This document shows, in pieces, positions 46,399-57,192 of a stretch of DNA of 64,000 nt. The DNA is from Candidatus Marinacidobacterium sp. (GTDB lineage: Bacteria; Acidobacteriota; Vicinamibacteria; Marinacidobacterales; Marinacidobacteraceae): NCBI GenBank assembly GCA_965204755.1, contig OZ242011.1, positions 3,808,001-3,872,000 on the forward strand, given 5' to 3'. Every line of letters starts with the position of its first letter. The first letter of the stretch is position 1. The position numbers and the translations under genes are program-made. A model generated the notes under the pieces. That model did not search any database and had not been told where the DNA came from. It saw only the letters and a program-made list of their open reading frames with translations.

Positions 46399-47390
46399 CG
46401 GTCGTGCGAGGCTCCCCGTCGAAAGGCCGCCGGATCAACATCCACATCGGTGTTCCCCGCTGGTCGGGAATACAGCACCCGGGCGTGGAACACATCCCAC
46501 TTCGTGAAGTGGGGTGGTTCCAATTCGCCGGAGTACCACATGTGGGAGGGGCGGTGGCCGCTGAGGGGGTGGTAGAGGCCGAGGACATGGCCGATTTCGT
46601 GGTGGACGGCGTAGGGGTCGTCGGGGTCGCGGAAGACGACGACATTCGCCGGGCCGCCGACTCGGTAGGCGAAGGCCTCGGCGCTGTCGGCGCGTTCGGC
46701 GACCTCCCGGGTGTTCCAGCGCAGGATCACGGTTCCGGGGGTGTCGTCCGGCGGAGGGGAATCGGTCGCGGTGACCCGTTCCCCGGTCAGTTGGCCGCCG
46801 GTGAGGAGTTTCACCGTGACGCCGATGGCCTCCGTCACGAACGCCACCGTCGTTTCCGACACGCGCCGGCCGCTCGCCGGTTCCGGCCTCGTGTCGATGT
46901 AGAACTCCGGCTCCTCGTCCCACCGGCGGAGCGGCCGCAACTCGCCGTCCCCCGCCCCGTTCCGGGCGATCTCGCGGTAGAAGTCGAGGTGCCAGAGGTC
47001 GTTTTCGGGAATCACATCCAACTCGGCGGCCTCGTCGGGCGCGCGAATCGTGGTCGTGCGGCTCACGAACCCGGGCGCCGTGATCGTCAGGCGATGGTCT
47101 CCGTCGGGCAGCGCCAGCCCGAACGAGCCGCCGGTCCCCGAGCGGGCGCTGAGGCCGCCCGCGGTGAGCGTCGCCCCGACGACCGGGTCTCCGGTTACCG
47201 TCGCGGTGAGGACGCCCCGGTAACTCGCGGAAGCGGAAGGCGGCGTCGGAGTCGGCGAAGCCGGGGCCGCCGGGCCGGACGAGCCGCCCCCGCCGCAGCC
47301 CGCGGCGCCGGCGACGAGCGCGACCGCGGCAACGAGACGAAGCGCCAGGCGCCGCCGCGCGACAGCGGCGCCCCGGAGCCGCCGCTCCAT
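46395..47390 (-). CDS. Lipoprotein with a carboxypeptidase-regulatory-like domain and a metzincin Zn-protease domain
   Basis: Lipobox AAGC; GDPVVGATLT...LTITAPGFV; HEIGHVLGLYH followed by the Met-turn SHMW; TGATG overlap with the DAACS gene. Confidence 0.8.
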   Translation of the reverse strand: MERRLRGAAVARRRLALRLVAAVALVAGAAGCGGGGSSGPAAPASPTPTPPSASASYRGVLTATVTGDPVVGATLTAGGLSARSGTGGSFGLALPDGDHRLTITAPGFVSRTTTIRAPDEAAELDVIPENDLWHLDFYREIARNGAGDGELRPLRRWDEEPEFYIDTRPEPASGRRVSETTVAFVTEAIGVTVKLLTGGQLTGERVTATDSPPPDDTPGTVILRWNTREVAERADSAEAFAYRVGGPANVVVFRDPDDPYAVHHEIGHVLGLYHPLSGHRPSHMWYSGELEPPHFTKWDVFHARVLYSRPAGNTDVDVDPAAFRRGASHDR

Positions 47391-48637
47391 CAACCGCCGC
47401 CGGCGGCCGGCGCCTCCGCCTCGCCGCGGCGCTGCCCGATCTCCTTGGTGAGCGCCCCGGTAACCACGGCGTTCGCGAACTGGCCCATCAAGTTGCCGCT
47501 GGTCCGGAGGTGGTCGAGCGGGCGATCCATGGCGAAGACCAGGGCGGAGAGCGCCACCGGCAGGCCCATCGCGTCCAGCAGGATCGTGAGGTTCACGAAA
47601 CTCGCGCCGGGAACCCCGGCGACCGCCAGCGAACTGAGCACCGCGGTGAGCCAGAGGATCCCGAGGTCGCCGCCGGTGAGCGCGTGGCCGGTGAGTTGGG
47701 CAATGGCGACCACCGACACCACTTGGTAGATCCCGCTGGAGTCGCGCCCCACGGCGGCGCCGAACGGCAGCGCGAACCCGGCCACCCGCTCCGAAATGCC
47801 GGTCTCGCGGGGCACGGCGGTCATCGAGACCGGGAGCGCCGCCGCGGTGGAGACCGACGCGAAGGCGATGGGGAGCGGCTCCCGGAGCGCCCGCAGGTAG
47901 TTGCCGAGCGGTTGGCGCGCCACGAAGCGGACGAGCATCGCGTGCACGCCGGTCACATGGATCACGGTGGCGATCAGGGTCACCACGAAGTACCAGGCGA
48001 GCGTGCCCAGGATGGCGAGCCCGGAACGACCCACCACCGCCGCGAGGATGGCGAAGACGCCGAACGGCGCGAGCCGCACCACCCAGTGGACCACCCGGTA
48101 GAGCAGGTCGTGGACGGCGCGCAGCACCTCCACGAGGGGCCGCAGCCGGTCGGCTCCGACCGCGTTCACCGCCAGCCCGAAGACGATGGCGAGAAACAGG
48201 ATATGGAGGACTTGGCCCTCGACGAACGCGCCGACCACATTCGAGGGCACGATGCCGAAGAGGATGTCCATCGCCGAGGGCGCCTCCCCGGCCCGCTCCG
48301 GGGCGGCGAAGCCGTCGCCGAGCGCCTGCGCCGCCTCCGCGCCCACGCCCCGGCCCGGCCCGAGGAGGACGGCGAGGCCGATGCCGATGGCCAGCGCGAT
48401 CCCCAGGGTGACCAGGTTGTAGGCCACCGCCCGCGCCCCGATCCGCCCGGCGGCGCGTCCGCCGGAGCCGATGAGCGCGAACGCCAGCGTCACGAAGATG
48501 AGCGGGGCGACCATCATCCGCAGCAACTGGACGAAGAGGTCGGCCACCGGCTCGAGCGCGGCGGCGGGTTCGCCGAGAACCAGCCCGACGACGATCCCGA
48601 GGACCGCTCCCGCGAGCACCTGGAGGTGGAGGGGCAT
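47390..48637 (-). CDS. Dicarboxylate/amino acid:cation symporter (DAACS)
   Basis: LLRMMVAPLIF, VPSNVV, LAPFGVF, AFASVSTAAALP, AGVPGAS and DRPLDHLRT. Confidence 0.92.
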   Translation of the reverse strand: MPLHLQVLAGAVLGIVVGLVLGEPAAALEPVADLFVQLLRMMVAPLIFVTLAFALIGSGGRAAGRIGARAVAYNLVTLGIALAIGIGLAVLLGPGRGVGAEAAQALGDGFAAPERAGEAPSAMDILFGIVPSNVVGAFVEGQVLHILFLAIVFGLAVNAVGADRLRPLVEVLRAVHDLLYRVVHWVVRLAPFGVFAILAAVVGRSGLAILGTLAWYFVVTLIATVIHVTGVHAMLVRFVARQPLGNYLRALREPLPIAFASVSTAAALPVSMTAVPRETGISERVAGFALPFGAAVGRDSSGIYQVVSVVAIAQLTGHALTGGDLGILWLTAVLSSLAVAGVPGASFVNLTILLDAMGLPVALSALVFAMDRPLDHLRTSGNLMGQFANAVVTGALTKEIGQRRGEAEAPAAGGG

Positions 48638-48750
48638 GGGCGGATTAGAACCTATCGGTCAGCCGCACTTCGGCGCCGACGCCCGGTTCTCTGGAAGGAA
48701 TCGAAGTTCATCTCGGTGGCCGGCCGGACAGATCGTCATGAACCGAAGTT

Positions 48751-49983
48751 CTACGCCGCCTGAGGGCGTTCGAGGATCGGCGACGGGGGCAGGTCGGTCG
48801 CTCTCGCCAGCGCGTCCTCGAGGCCGGACCGCTCTCTTGCCGGCACTCGCGGAGCGGCGCCCTCGAGAACGCCGCGGGCAGCGCCCCGGGCCGCTTCCAG
48901 CGCGCGTTCTCGCATGACAGCAACGCCGGAGTTCCGGAGGTGGAGGATGTCCTCGACGATATCCGCGCCATAACGGTTACGAAAGACGCGCTCCTGCCGG
49001 CGTTCCAAAGACATGCCGACCGCGTGGACGGCCAGTTCCGCAACGAGTTCGCCGTTGGAGAACGGCGTACCCCGTACCGTGGACTCGCGACCGACGACCA
49101 CGATAGACCGTGCGCCGGCCTTGGTGATCCGCACCATTTCCCGTAGCGCCAGGGTCATGTCCAAGGCATACTGGATTACGGTCAGGAAGCGGTTGCCGCG
49201 ATTATGGCGGTTCGACCCGATCTCGCATCGGGCGACCTCCAGGACATCACAGTCGAGCGCTTCCACTGATCGTCGGTAGGCTTGGTGGTAGTTGTGGACA
49301 TTGATGTAGGGCGGCGAAGTAACGACCAGGTCGGCAGTGCCGGACTCGAAGGGCAACGCCCTGGCATCGGCGTGACGAATGCTGACCGGCCGCTCGGAAA
49401 TCGGGAGATCGGCGACTACCCGCTCGATGCGCGACCAGGTGCGATGCACGACGCCGAGATCCAGGCCGGGCTGGAAGAAGTCGCATAGCACGACCAGGGC
49501 GGCGGCGAGGTCCCGTTCCGTGCCCGGGGCCGTCTCGCGCCAAGTCCGCACGAGCCCCTCTTCGAGTCCTGCTCGGGACCGGGCGCGCGGGCGGGCCTCG
49601 ACGAAGAGCGACGGCCCCGGCAGGCCGATGGTTTGGACGAGGCGCGAGCGGACGCTCCGGAGCCGGGTGCGGCGTTCCTCGATGTCCAGGTTCGAGATCG
49701 CGTAGAGACGAGCCAACGCGACTGCCGCCGGATTGAGGTCGCTGCCGTCCGCTGCGAGACCCAGTCGCGCGGCTTCCCCGAGCGAAGTCCCGCTGCCCAC
49801 GAACGGATCCACCACCCGGGCGCCGGGCGGCGCGTAGGCCCGCAGCAACTCCTCGACCAACTGGGGCGAGAACTGGCCCTTCCAGCGGAGAGGATTGGTG
49901 CGGACCCGCTGCGCGATGTCGAGGCGATGCTTGGGCACCGACTCCCGGTCCACGGGAGTCACCGCGAACACGGCGTTCTGCAT
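48751..49983 (-). CDS. Amino-DNA methyltransferase (SPPY, probably m4C; motif I before motif IV)
   Basis: [22 protein letters not shown] and DLVVTSPPY; ATG start at 49983 inferred. Confidence 0.85.
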   Translation of the reverse strand: MQNAVFAVTPVDRESVPKHRLDIAQRVRTNPLRWKGQFSPQLVEELLRAYAPPGARVVDPFVGSGTSLGEAARLGLAADGSDLNPAAVALARLYAISNLDIEERRTRLRSVRSRLVQTIGLPGPSLFVEARPRARSRAGLEEGLVRTWRETAPGTERDLAAALVVLCDFFQPGLDLGVVHRTWSRIERVVADLPISERPVSIRHADARALPFESGTADLVVTSPPYINVHNYHQAYRRSVEALDCDVLEVARCEIGSNRHNRGNRFLTVIQYALDMTLALREMVRITKAGARSIVVVGRESTVRGTPFSNGELVAELAVHAVGMSLERRQERVFRNRYGADIVEDILHLRNSGVAVMRERALEAARGAARGVLEGAAPRVPARERSGLEDALARATDLPPSPILERPQAA

Positions 49984-50260
49984 CAGGAATGGCGTGACGA
50001 GAGGCGGCCCGTGCCCGGGCGTCCGATTCGATGGCCGGCGCCGGCGGAGCCCGCCCCGGACGCCCGGCGGACGCGAGATCGCGAACTCCCGACAGCGATG
50101 GGAGTCTAGTCGCAGGTCGAGACACCCGAAGTGGGGAGTCAGACTCGCTCTCGATCTCGGCGTCGAGCGAAAGTCCGGGCCGCGCGGAGAAACATCGAAG
50201 ACGAGGGCCGCCGGCGCGCATCGGCCGACCCTTCTGCCTAAATTCCCCGCGCCCACCGGA

Positions 50261-53200
50261 ATGTCCGACTCGCCCCGCGCCGCGTTCGCCGCCGCCCTCC
50301 GGGAGCGGATCCTGGTGTTCGACGGCGCCATCGGAACGATGTTCCAGGCGGAGCGGCTGGACGAGGACGGCTTCCGGGGCGAGGCGCTGCGCGACCACCC
50401 GAAGCCGCTCCAGGGACTCCACGATGTCCTCTCGCTGACCCGGCCGGAACTGGTGGAGAGCGTCCACCGGCAGTACCTCGACGCCGGGGCGGACGCGCTC
50501 ACCACCAACACCTTCAACGGGACGGCCGTCTCGCTGGAAGACTACGGGCTGGCCGGACGGGCGTTCGAGTTGAACCGGCTGGGCGCCGAAGCCGCCCGGC
50601 GGGCGATCGCGGCGGCGGAAGCGGCAGGCGGGGCGGGCCGCAACGGGCGGCGCCCCTTCGTGCTCGGCTCGATGGGCCCCACGAACCGGACGCTCAGCAT
50701 CTCGCCGCGAGTCTCGGACCCGGCGTACCGGGCGATCACCTGGGCGGAACTGCGCGCGGCCTACCGGGAGCAGGCGCGCGGGCTGCTCGCCGGAGGGGCT
50801 GACCTGCTGCTGGTCGAGACCTGCTTCGACACGCTGAACGCCAAGGCGGCCCTCGACGCGGCGACGGAGGCGATCCGGGAGGCGCCGGGCGACGCCGGGC
50901 TGATCGTGTCCTTCACCGCGGTGGACCGGGGCGGGCGGAACCTCACCGGGCAGGACGCCGAGGCCTTCTGGATTTCGGTGGAGCACGCCGGGGTCACGGC
51001 CGCCGGGATCAACTGCTCGCTCGGCGCGGCGATGATGCGGCCCTTCCTCGAATCCCTGTCGCGGGAGGCGTCGGCGCCGGTGGGGGCGGTCCCGAACGCG
51101 GGGCTCCCGAACGAACTCGGCGAGTACGACGAGACGCCGGAGGACACGGCGGCGGCGGTCGCGGACCTCGCCGAGGGCGGCCTCGTCAACTTCGTGGGCG
51201 GGTGCTGCGGGACGACGCCGGAGCACATCGCGGCCATCGTGGAGGCGCTGCGGGAGCGGGCGGGCCGCGCCGCGCCGCGGACGATCCCGGAGCGGCCGCG
51301 CCGGCTGAGGCTCGCCGGGACCGAGCCGCTGGTTCGGCCCGAGTCCGCCTTTCTGGTGGTCGGCGAGCGGACGAATGTGACCGGCTCGCGGCGGTTCGCC
51401 CGGCTCATCCGCTCCGGGGAGTTCGAGGACGCGGTGCGCGTCGCCCGCGACCAGGTGGACGGCGGCGCGAATGTCCTCGATGTGAACATGGACGAGGCGC
51501 TGCTCGACTCCGAGGACGCCATGGAGCGGTTCCTCCGGCTGTTGGCGATGGAGCCGGAAGTGGCGCGGCTCCCGATCATGGTGGACAGTTCCCGGCTCTC
51601 CGTCGTGGAAGCGGGACTGCGGGCGCTTCCCGGCAAGGGCGTCGTGAACTCGCTCTCGCTGAAGGACGGCGAGGAGGCGTTCCTCGAGGCGGCGCGCCGC
51701 ATTCGGGCGTACGGGGCGGCGGTGATCGTCATGGCGTTCGACGAGACCGGCCAGGCGGTGGACGCGGCGCGGAAGACCGGGATCTGCGCCCGCGCCTACC
51801 GGCTGCTGACCGGGCGCGCCGGGTATGCGCCGGAGGACCTGATCTTCGATCCGAATGTGCTCGCGGTGGCCACCGGGATGGCGGAGCACGACCGGTACGG
51901 GGTGGAGTTCCTCGAAGCCCTGCCCCGCATCCGGGAAGCGTGTCCGGGGTCGCTGATCTCCGGGGGGATCTCGAACCTGTCGTTCGCGTTCCGGGGCAAC
52001 GAGGCGGTCCGGCAGGCGATGAACTCCGTGTTCCTGCACCACGCCATCGCAGCCGGGCTCGATCTCGGGATCGTGAACGCCGGACGGCTGCCCGCCTACG
52101 ACGACATCCCCGACGAGTTGCGCGAGCGGGTCGAGGATGTGGTGCTCGCCCGCCGCCCGGATGCGACCGAGCGGCTGGTCGCGGTCGCCGCCGGCGCGCG
52201 GGCCGCCGCGCCGGAAGCCCGGGCGGCTGCGAATCGGCGGGAAGCACCGGTGGCGGAGCGGCTGTCCCACGCAGTCGTCCACGGCATCCTCGACCACATC
52301 GAAGAAGACGCGGAGGAGGCGCGGCGGGAGATGCCGTCGCCACTCGCGGTGATCGAAGGGCCGTTGATGGACGGGATGCGGATCGTGGGGGACCGGTTCG
52401 GCGACGGGCGGATGTTCCTGCCGCAGGTCGTGAAGAGCGCGCGGGTGATGAAGCGCGCCGTGGCGGTGTTGGAGCCGTACATGGACGCCGGGCCGGACGC
52501 GTCACCCGATGGTTCGTCGGACGGGCCGAAGGGCCGCCGGGAGCGCTTGGTGCTCGCCACGGTGAAGGGCGATGTCCACGACATCGGGAAGAGCATCGTG
52601 GGGATCGTGCTCGCCTGCAACGGCTACCGCGTCGAGGACCTCGGCGTGATGGTTCCGGCGGAGCGCATCCTCCGGACGGCGCGGGAGACCGGAGCCAGCC
52701 TCATCGGGCTGTCGGGGCTCATCACCCCGTCGCTCGGCGAAATGGAGCGGTTCGCTGCGGAGATGGAGCGGGAGGGGATGGCCCTGCCGCTGCTGATCGG
52801 GGGGGCGACGACTTCCGCGCGCCACACGGCGCTGCGGATCGCCCCGGAGCGGACGAACGGGCCGGTGGTGCATGTCTCCGACGCGTCGCGGGCGTCGGAG
52901 ACGGTGCGGTCGCTCCTCGGGACGGAATCTGTGGAGTTCGTGGCCGAGGTGCGGAAGTCGCAGGAGGCAGAACGGCGCGCGAGTGGCCGCGGGCGGGTGG
53001 GGCTGCTCGACCTGGCGGCGGCGCGGGCGCGGGCGCCGGGGTTCGCGCCGGCGAGCGATGTCGTCCCGGCGTTCCTGGGGACGAGGACGATCCCGCGCCT
53101 TCCGCTCGGGGAGTTGATCCCCTATGTGGACTGGACGCCGTTCTTCCACGCTTGGCAGTTCCGGGGGACTTTCCCCGGGGTCATCGAGAAGGGTCCGGCG

Positions 53201-53977
53201 GCGGAAGCGGCGGCGGAGTTGTACGGAAACGCCCGCCGGCGGTTGGAAGAGTTGGCGAAGGACGAGCGGTTCGCCGCCGGCGCGGCGTACGGGTTCTACC
53301 CGGCAGGACGCGAGGTCGACGACCTGCTGGTGTGGCGCGGCGCGGCGGCGGGGGATTCGGCGCCGCCCCCGGTGCGCATTCCCACGCTCCGCCAGCAGGA
53401 GGCGCGCGGCGGGGCGCGGCTTGCCGCGGCGGACTTCGTCGCGGAAGCATCCGGCGGCGAATCCGCGCCGGACACCTTGGGGATGTTCTGCGTGACCGCC
53501 GGCGAAGCGTTCGGGAACGGCGCGGCTGAAGCGCAGCGGGGCGGAGACGACTACGAGGCGCTGCTGCTGCGTTCGCTCGGCGACCGCGTCGCGGAAGCGG
53601 CGGCGGAATACCTTCACCAGCGGGCGCGCCGCGATCTCGGCTACGGGGTCGATGAAGACTTGGACCCCGCGGAGTTGCTGCGCGGAAAGTACCGGGGCAT
53701 CCGCCCTGCCCCCGGCTATCCCGCGACGCCCGACCTCAGCATCCTGCGCGAGATCTTCGACTTGTTGGAGGCGGAATCAGCCCTCGGCGTCCGCCTCACC
53801 GAGTCGTTCGCCATCGCCCCGGCGGCATCGGTCGCCGGGCTCTACTTCGGCAGCGCCGACTCCCGCTACTTCTCGGTGGGCCGCATCGGCCGCGACCAGT
53901 TGGAAGACTACGCCGCCCGCCGCGGAATCCCCGTCGAGGAAGCCGAACGCCTCCTCATCCGCGTCCTGGAGACCTGA
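50261..53977 (+). CDS. metH: Cobalamin-dependent methionine synthase
   Basis: [53 protein letters not shown] and RPAPGYPA; ATG 50261. Confidence 0.96.
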   Translation: MSDSPRAAFAAALRERILVFDGAIGTMFQAERLDEDGFRGEALRDHPKPLQGLHDVLSLTRPELVESVHRQYLDAGADALTTNTFNGTAVSLEDYGLAGRAFELNRLGAEAARRAIAAAEAAGGAGRNGRRPFVLGSMGPTNRTLSISPRVSDPAYRAITWAELRAAYREQARGLLAGGADLLLVETCFDTLNAKAALDAATEAIREAPGDAGLIVSFTAVDRGGRNLTGQDAEAFWISVEHAGVTAAGINCSLGAAMMRPFLESLSREASAPVGAVPNAGLPNELGEYDETPEDTAAAVADLAEGGLVNFVGGCCGTTPEHIAAIVEALRERAGRAAPRTIPERPRRLRLAGTEPLVRPESAFLVVGERTNVTGSRRFARLIRSGEFEDAVRVARDQVDGGANVLDVNMDEALLDSEDAMERFLRLLAMEPEVARLPIMVDSSRLSVVEAGLRALPGKGVVNSLSLKDGEEAFLEAARRIRAYGAAVIVMAFDETGQAVDAARKTGICARAYRLLTGRAGYAPEDLIFDPNVLAVATGMAEHDRYGVEFLEALPRIREACPGSLISGGISNLSFAFRGNEAVRQAMNSVFLHHAIAAGLDLGIVNAGRLPAYDDIPDELRERVEDVVLARRPDATERLVAVAAGARAAAPEARAAANRREAPVAERLSHAVVHGILDHIEEDAEEARREMPSPLAVIEGPLMDGMRIVGDRFGDGRMFLPQVVKSARVMKRAVAVLEPYMDAGPDASPDGSSDGPKGRRERLVLATVKGDVHDIGKSIVGIVLACNGYRVEDLGVMVPAERILRTARETGASLIGLSGLITPSLGEMERFAAEMEREGMALPLLIGGATTSARHTALRIAPERTNGPVVHVSDASRASETVRSLLGTESVEFVAEVRKSQEAERRASGRGRVGLLDLAAARARAPGFAPASDVVPAFLGTRTIPRLPLGELIPYVDWTPFFHAWQFRGTFPGVIEKGPAAEAAAELYGNARRRLEELAKDERFAAGAAYGFYPAGREVDDLLVWRGAAAGDSAPPPVRIPTLRQQEARGGARLAAADFVAEASGGESAPDTLGMFCVTAGEAFGNGAAEAQRGGDDYEALLLRSLGDRVAEAAAEYLHQRARRDLGYGVDEDLDPAELLRGKYRGIRPAPGYPATPDLSILREIFDLLEAESALGVRLTESFAIAPAASVAGLYFGSADSRYFSVGRIGRDQLEDYAARRGIPVEEAERLLIRVLET

Positions 53978-54037
53978 CGAGCGGCGGCGCACCGGTACCG
54001 GGTCTGCTCGATGCCCACCAGAGCCACACTGCGGCAT

Positions 54038-54511
54038 CTACCCAGGCCCACGCTCCGGATCCGGATCCGGTTCCGTTTCGGCGGCCAACCAGACGGTGGC
54101 TTGCCGCGAGAGGTCCCGGGCGTGTTCCCTTATCGTGTTCTCCGGCTCGTCATCGCCATCGAACGCCGGCAAATGGATGTCCGCGTGGAACGGATTTCGA
54201 TCCGTCGGACTGGCAACGACAGATCGCCCGTTCATCTCCGCATCGGCTTTGGTCACCACACCCCAACCGTGAAAGCGTGGTCGGTCGGACCGCGCTGCTG
54301 CGTTCTCGCAAGCGATCTTTCTCAGGAGATCGAGGGAGGCGATGTCCATACGGTCAACAGATAGTGACGAGACCCCCGGCGCCGGAAGAAAGGCGCGGTA
54401 GTGCACTCGCGGCTTCCCGGCCGCCAAATTCCGAATGTGTCGCCGAGTAAAGATCTCCCGTCCGAGACGCTCTCTCGAGTCGACGAGATCGGTAACCGAA
54501 GGCTCAGACAT
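54038..54511 (-). CDS. Hypothetical protein, possible ADP-ribosyltransferase/RES-like toxin
   Basis: ERLGR...RAF...LSVDR...NPFHADI (R-S-H order); 8-nt overlap with the upstream gene; lower GC. Confidence 0.55.
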   Translation of the reverse strand: MSEPSVTDLVDSRERLGREIFTRRHIRNLAAGKPRVHYRAFLPAPGVSSLSVDRMDIASLDLLRKIACENAAARSDRPRFHGWGVVTKADAEMNGRSVVASPTDRNPFHADIHLPAFDGDDEPENTIREHARDLSRQATVWLAAETEPDPDPERGPG

Positions 54512-55439
54512 CCACGAGGATGCCGGCGCGCTCGAGGCCGCGCAAGCCGATCGCGTCCACCATGGATCGCCACTCGCGAAAGCGAGCCCTTCCCGACTGG
54601 TCTTCTATGGACTCGAGATAGGTTGCGGCGCCGTCCCGTTCGATTACGAAAAGGATGCGATTGCGCCCGGCGCCGTAGAACTCGATGCCCACGGCCTCGA
54701 ACGGGTCGTCAGACACACCGGGAGCGCTCGCGACTCTCGTGGCGAGATGCCGGAGGAGCGCATCGGCCTCACGAAGCGCGGTCTCGGTCGGCAGCGGTCC
54801 ATCCACTTCGAACCCCCGACGAACCTCGTCGAGTTCCTCCAGTGCCTGTGGCAACCAAGGAGCAGGCGTAGTGCCGACGGCGTACGGTTTCGCTTCTTCA
54901 ACCGGGTGAAGTCCGACCCAGCGAGCCGAGTTGGAGAGCACCCTACGGTCGCCGGGAGCGACCGCATCGGAGGAGGCAGCGCCCGCAACACCGCTCTTGC
55001 TCCCTGCTTGGCCGCAGCCGGGAGGGGGCTCGGACTCGATCTGGCGCCCCTTGACCGGACGCCCGGCGACCAGGTGTTCCCGAATCACCTCTTCCAGCGC
55101 CTCGGGAGTCATCCCGGCGTACCAGACGCCCTCCGGATAGACGACGGCGACCGGGCCGCCCGCGCAGACGCGGAGGCAGGCTGCCTTGGTGCGGGCGACC
55201 GGGCCGCCGTCCGGGCCGGAGGCAAGGCCGAGTTCGTCCAGCCGGCGTTTCAGGTAGGCCCAGGACTCCCGCGACGCTTCCGGGGAGCAGCACTTCGGGA
55301 CCGCGGAGTCGCAGCAGAGGAAGATGTGGCGCCGGATCCCGGCGACGCCGATCTCCTTCGCCCGCCGCGACGCGGCGGCGCGGGGACTCTCCGCAGCAGC
55401 CGGTTCGGGCGGGGATGCGGAGGCGGGCGCGTCCGCCAT
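54504..55439 (-). CDS. Thioredoxin-like [2Fe-2S] ferredoxin fused in frame to an unknown C-terminal domain
   Basis: RHIFLCC...KCC...CLRVCAGGPVAVVYPEGVWY...EHL, then about 175 further codons of lower-GC sequence without a stop. Confidence 0.75.
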   Translation of the reverse strand: MADAPASASPPEPAAAESPRAAASRRAKEIGVAGIRRHIFLCCDSAVPKCCSPEASRESWAYLKRRLDELGLASGPDGGPVARTKAACLRVCAGGPVAVVYPEGVWYAGMTPEALEEVIREHLVAGRPVKGRQIESEPPPGCGQAGSKSGVAGAASSDAVAPGDRRVLSNSARWVGLHPVEEAKPYAVGTTPAPWLPQALEELDEVRRGFEVDGPLPTETALREADALLRHLATRVASAPGVSDDPFEAVGIEFYGAGRNRILFVIERDGAATYLESIEDQSGRARFREWRSMVDAIGLRGLERAGILVDV

Positions 55440-55444
55440 GGGTT

Positions 55445-56092
55445 CTACGACCCTGCGGGGGCGGGCGCGGCGCAGGAAACGCCGGTGCCCCGGATCCCGC
55501 AGTAGCCGTCCGGGTTCTTCGCCAGGTACTGCTGGTGGTAATCCTCGGCGTAGTAGAACGGCGGCGCGTCCTCGATCTCCGTCGTGATCGCGCCGTAGCC
55601 GGCCGCGCGGATGCGTTCGGCGTAGTCCTTCCGCGTTTCCTCGGCCAACCGGCACTGCTCGGCGGAAACGGGGTAGAGCGCCGAGCGGTACTGCGTCCCC
55701 ACATCGTTCCCCTGGCGCATCCCCTGCGTCGGGTCGTGGTTCTCCCAAAAGACGCGGAGGAGGTCGCCGTAGGAGACGACCTTCGGGTCGAAGACGACGC
55801 GCACGGTCTCCGCGTGCCCGGTCCGCCCGGTGCAGACTTCCCGGTAGTTCGGGTTCGGCGTCACTCCCCCGGCGTACCCGACGGAGGTGGAGTGGACGCC
55901 GTCGAGTTGCCAGAACAGCCGCTCACACCCCCAAAAGCACCCGAAGGCGAAGAACGCCTCCTCCATCCCCTCCGGCCACGGGGGGCTCAGGGGCGTGTCG
56001 AGTACGAAGTGGGTGTCGAGAACGGGCATCGGCTCTTCTCGGCCCGCCAAGGCGTTCTCAGCTGTGACAAGCGCAGTCTCCGCAGCGGCCAT
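55445..56092 (-). CDS. msrA: Peptide methionine sulfoxide reductase A
   Basis: GCFWGCE, GYAGG...[27 protein letters not shown] and AEDYHQQYL; ATG 56092. Confidence 0.95.
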   Translation of the reverse strand: MAAAETALVTAENALAGREEPMPVLDTHFVLDTPLSPPWPEGMEEAFFAFGCFWGCERLFWQLDGVHSTSVGYAGGVTPNPNYREVCTGRTGHAETVRVVFDPKVVSYGDLLRVFWENHDPTQGMRQGNDVGTQYRSALYPVSAEQCRLAEETRKDYAERIRAAGYGAITTEIEDAPPFYYAEDYHQQYLAKNPDGYCGIRGTGVSCAAPAPAGS

Positions 56093-56127
56093 CAGCGAAC
56101 TCCCTTCAGTGAGGAACCGGGAGAATT

Positions 56128-57051
56128 CTACCGGAGGCGTGCTTCGGGTTCGTCGCTCGGGGTCCCGAGCCTCTCCTTGACTGCGGCGACCTCCTCTTCG
56201 CCCGGCCATCGGTACTCGACACCGCCGGCGGGAAAGTCGAGATTCGAGGCCGAGTCGCAGTCCACCAAGTTCTTCCAGTCCGCTCGACCCCGTGCGGACT
56301 CGTATCCCTGATACGCCGCCCACGCCGAAATCAAGGCATCCCACTCGTGTGACCATCCGTCTGAATCGAGTCTAGGCAGGTGACCGATCGACGCATCGGT
56401 GCTCGGCACATCCAACACACGCGACAACCATTCGTTCATGAAGGGCCGACCTTCCTTTTCTTTCTTCGGCCGCTGACGCCTAAGGCGACTGATCTCGGAG
56501 TCGATCCTCGCCTTCTCATCCCCTTTCTTGCCTTTCCGTTTCGTCGTCAGATCGTCGATTCTTCGGTTGAGGTCATTCAGTGGCGGCCCACCATAAGGCT
56601 TCCGCGACAGGGCGCGATAGAGGACCTTCGGATGCGTCTCTGTCACATACACCGACGAGCATTGTTCGCGAAGTTTGCGCAGGACGAGCATTCCGTTGAC
56701 GCTCATCGCGCTACGGAGGGCATTGGGCCATAGGACACTTCCCTTGACATCGGGATATTTGGAACGAAGCGTGTTGTCCGCGCTGCGCGCGCCGTTCGAT
56801 GCGACGCTCCAATAGGCCAGCGTGTCGATGCCGACCCCAAGGACGCCGCTGAGTGGCCCCTCTTTGTTCCACTCCTGAGACTGGTCTTGGAACCAGCAAA
56901 GAACATCGGCGACCGCTGGTCTCGTGGCTACCGTCGGTCGCTCAATCCGCCCGCACTCGACGCGGATTGCCGCCACTCCGTGGCTGTCGTTGCCACCGGG
57001 GTCGTAGCCGAGGAACCAGCCGGTGAGTCCGTCGATCAGTTCGTGTGCCAT
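56128..57051 (-). CDS. DUF429-like predicted RNase H-fold nuclease (second, divergent)
   Basis: [28 protein letters not shown] and [12 protein letters not shown]; lower GC; ATG 57051. Confidence 0.7.
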   Translation of the reverse strand: MAHELIDGLTGWFLGYDPGGNDSHGVAAIRVECGRIERPTVATRPAVADVLCWFQDQSQEWNKEGPLSGVLGVGIDTLAYWSVASNGARSADNTLRSKYPDVKGSVLWPNALRSAMSVNGMLVLRKLREQCSSVYVTETHPKVLYRALSRKPYGGPPLNDLNRRIDDLTTKRKGKKGDEKARIDSEISRLRRQRPKKEKEGRPFMNEWLSRVLDVPSTDASIGHLPRLDSDGWSHEWDALISAWAAYQGYESARGRADWKNLVDCDSASNLDFPAGGVEYRWPGEEEVAAVKERLGTPSDEPEARLR

Positions 57052-57192
57052 CGTCCCTTCCGACTGTGGTGATGCCCTCGAGAGATGAATGCGCTCCGCC
57101 GCCAAGGTGGAATGTGAGCCGAACCCTACCGGAGCCCGGGCGACCTATCAAGAACCATCACCGGGCGGGCGGTTCCTATACTTCGACCACCG

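Noticed and set aside
49984-50260. SAM or cobalamin riboswitch upstream of metH
   Set aside because: No SAM-I or B12-box consensus was recognisable by eye. An Rfam scan is needed.
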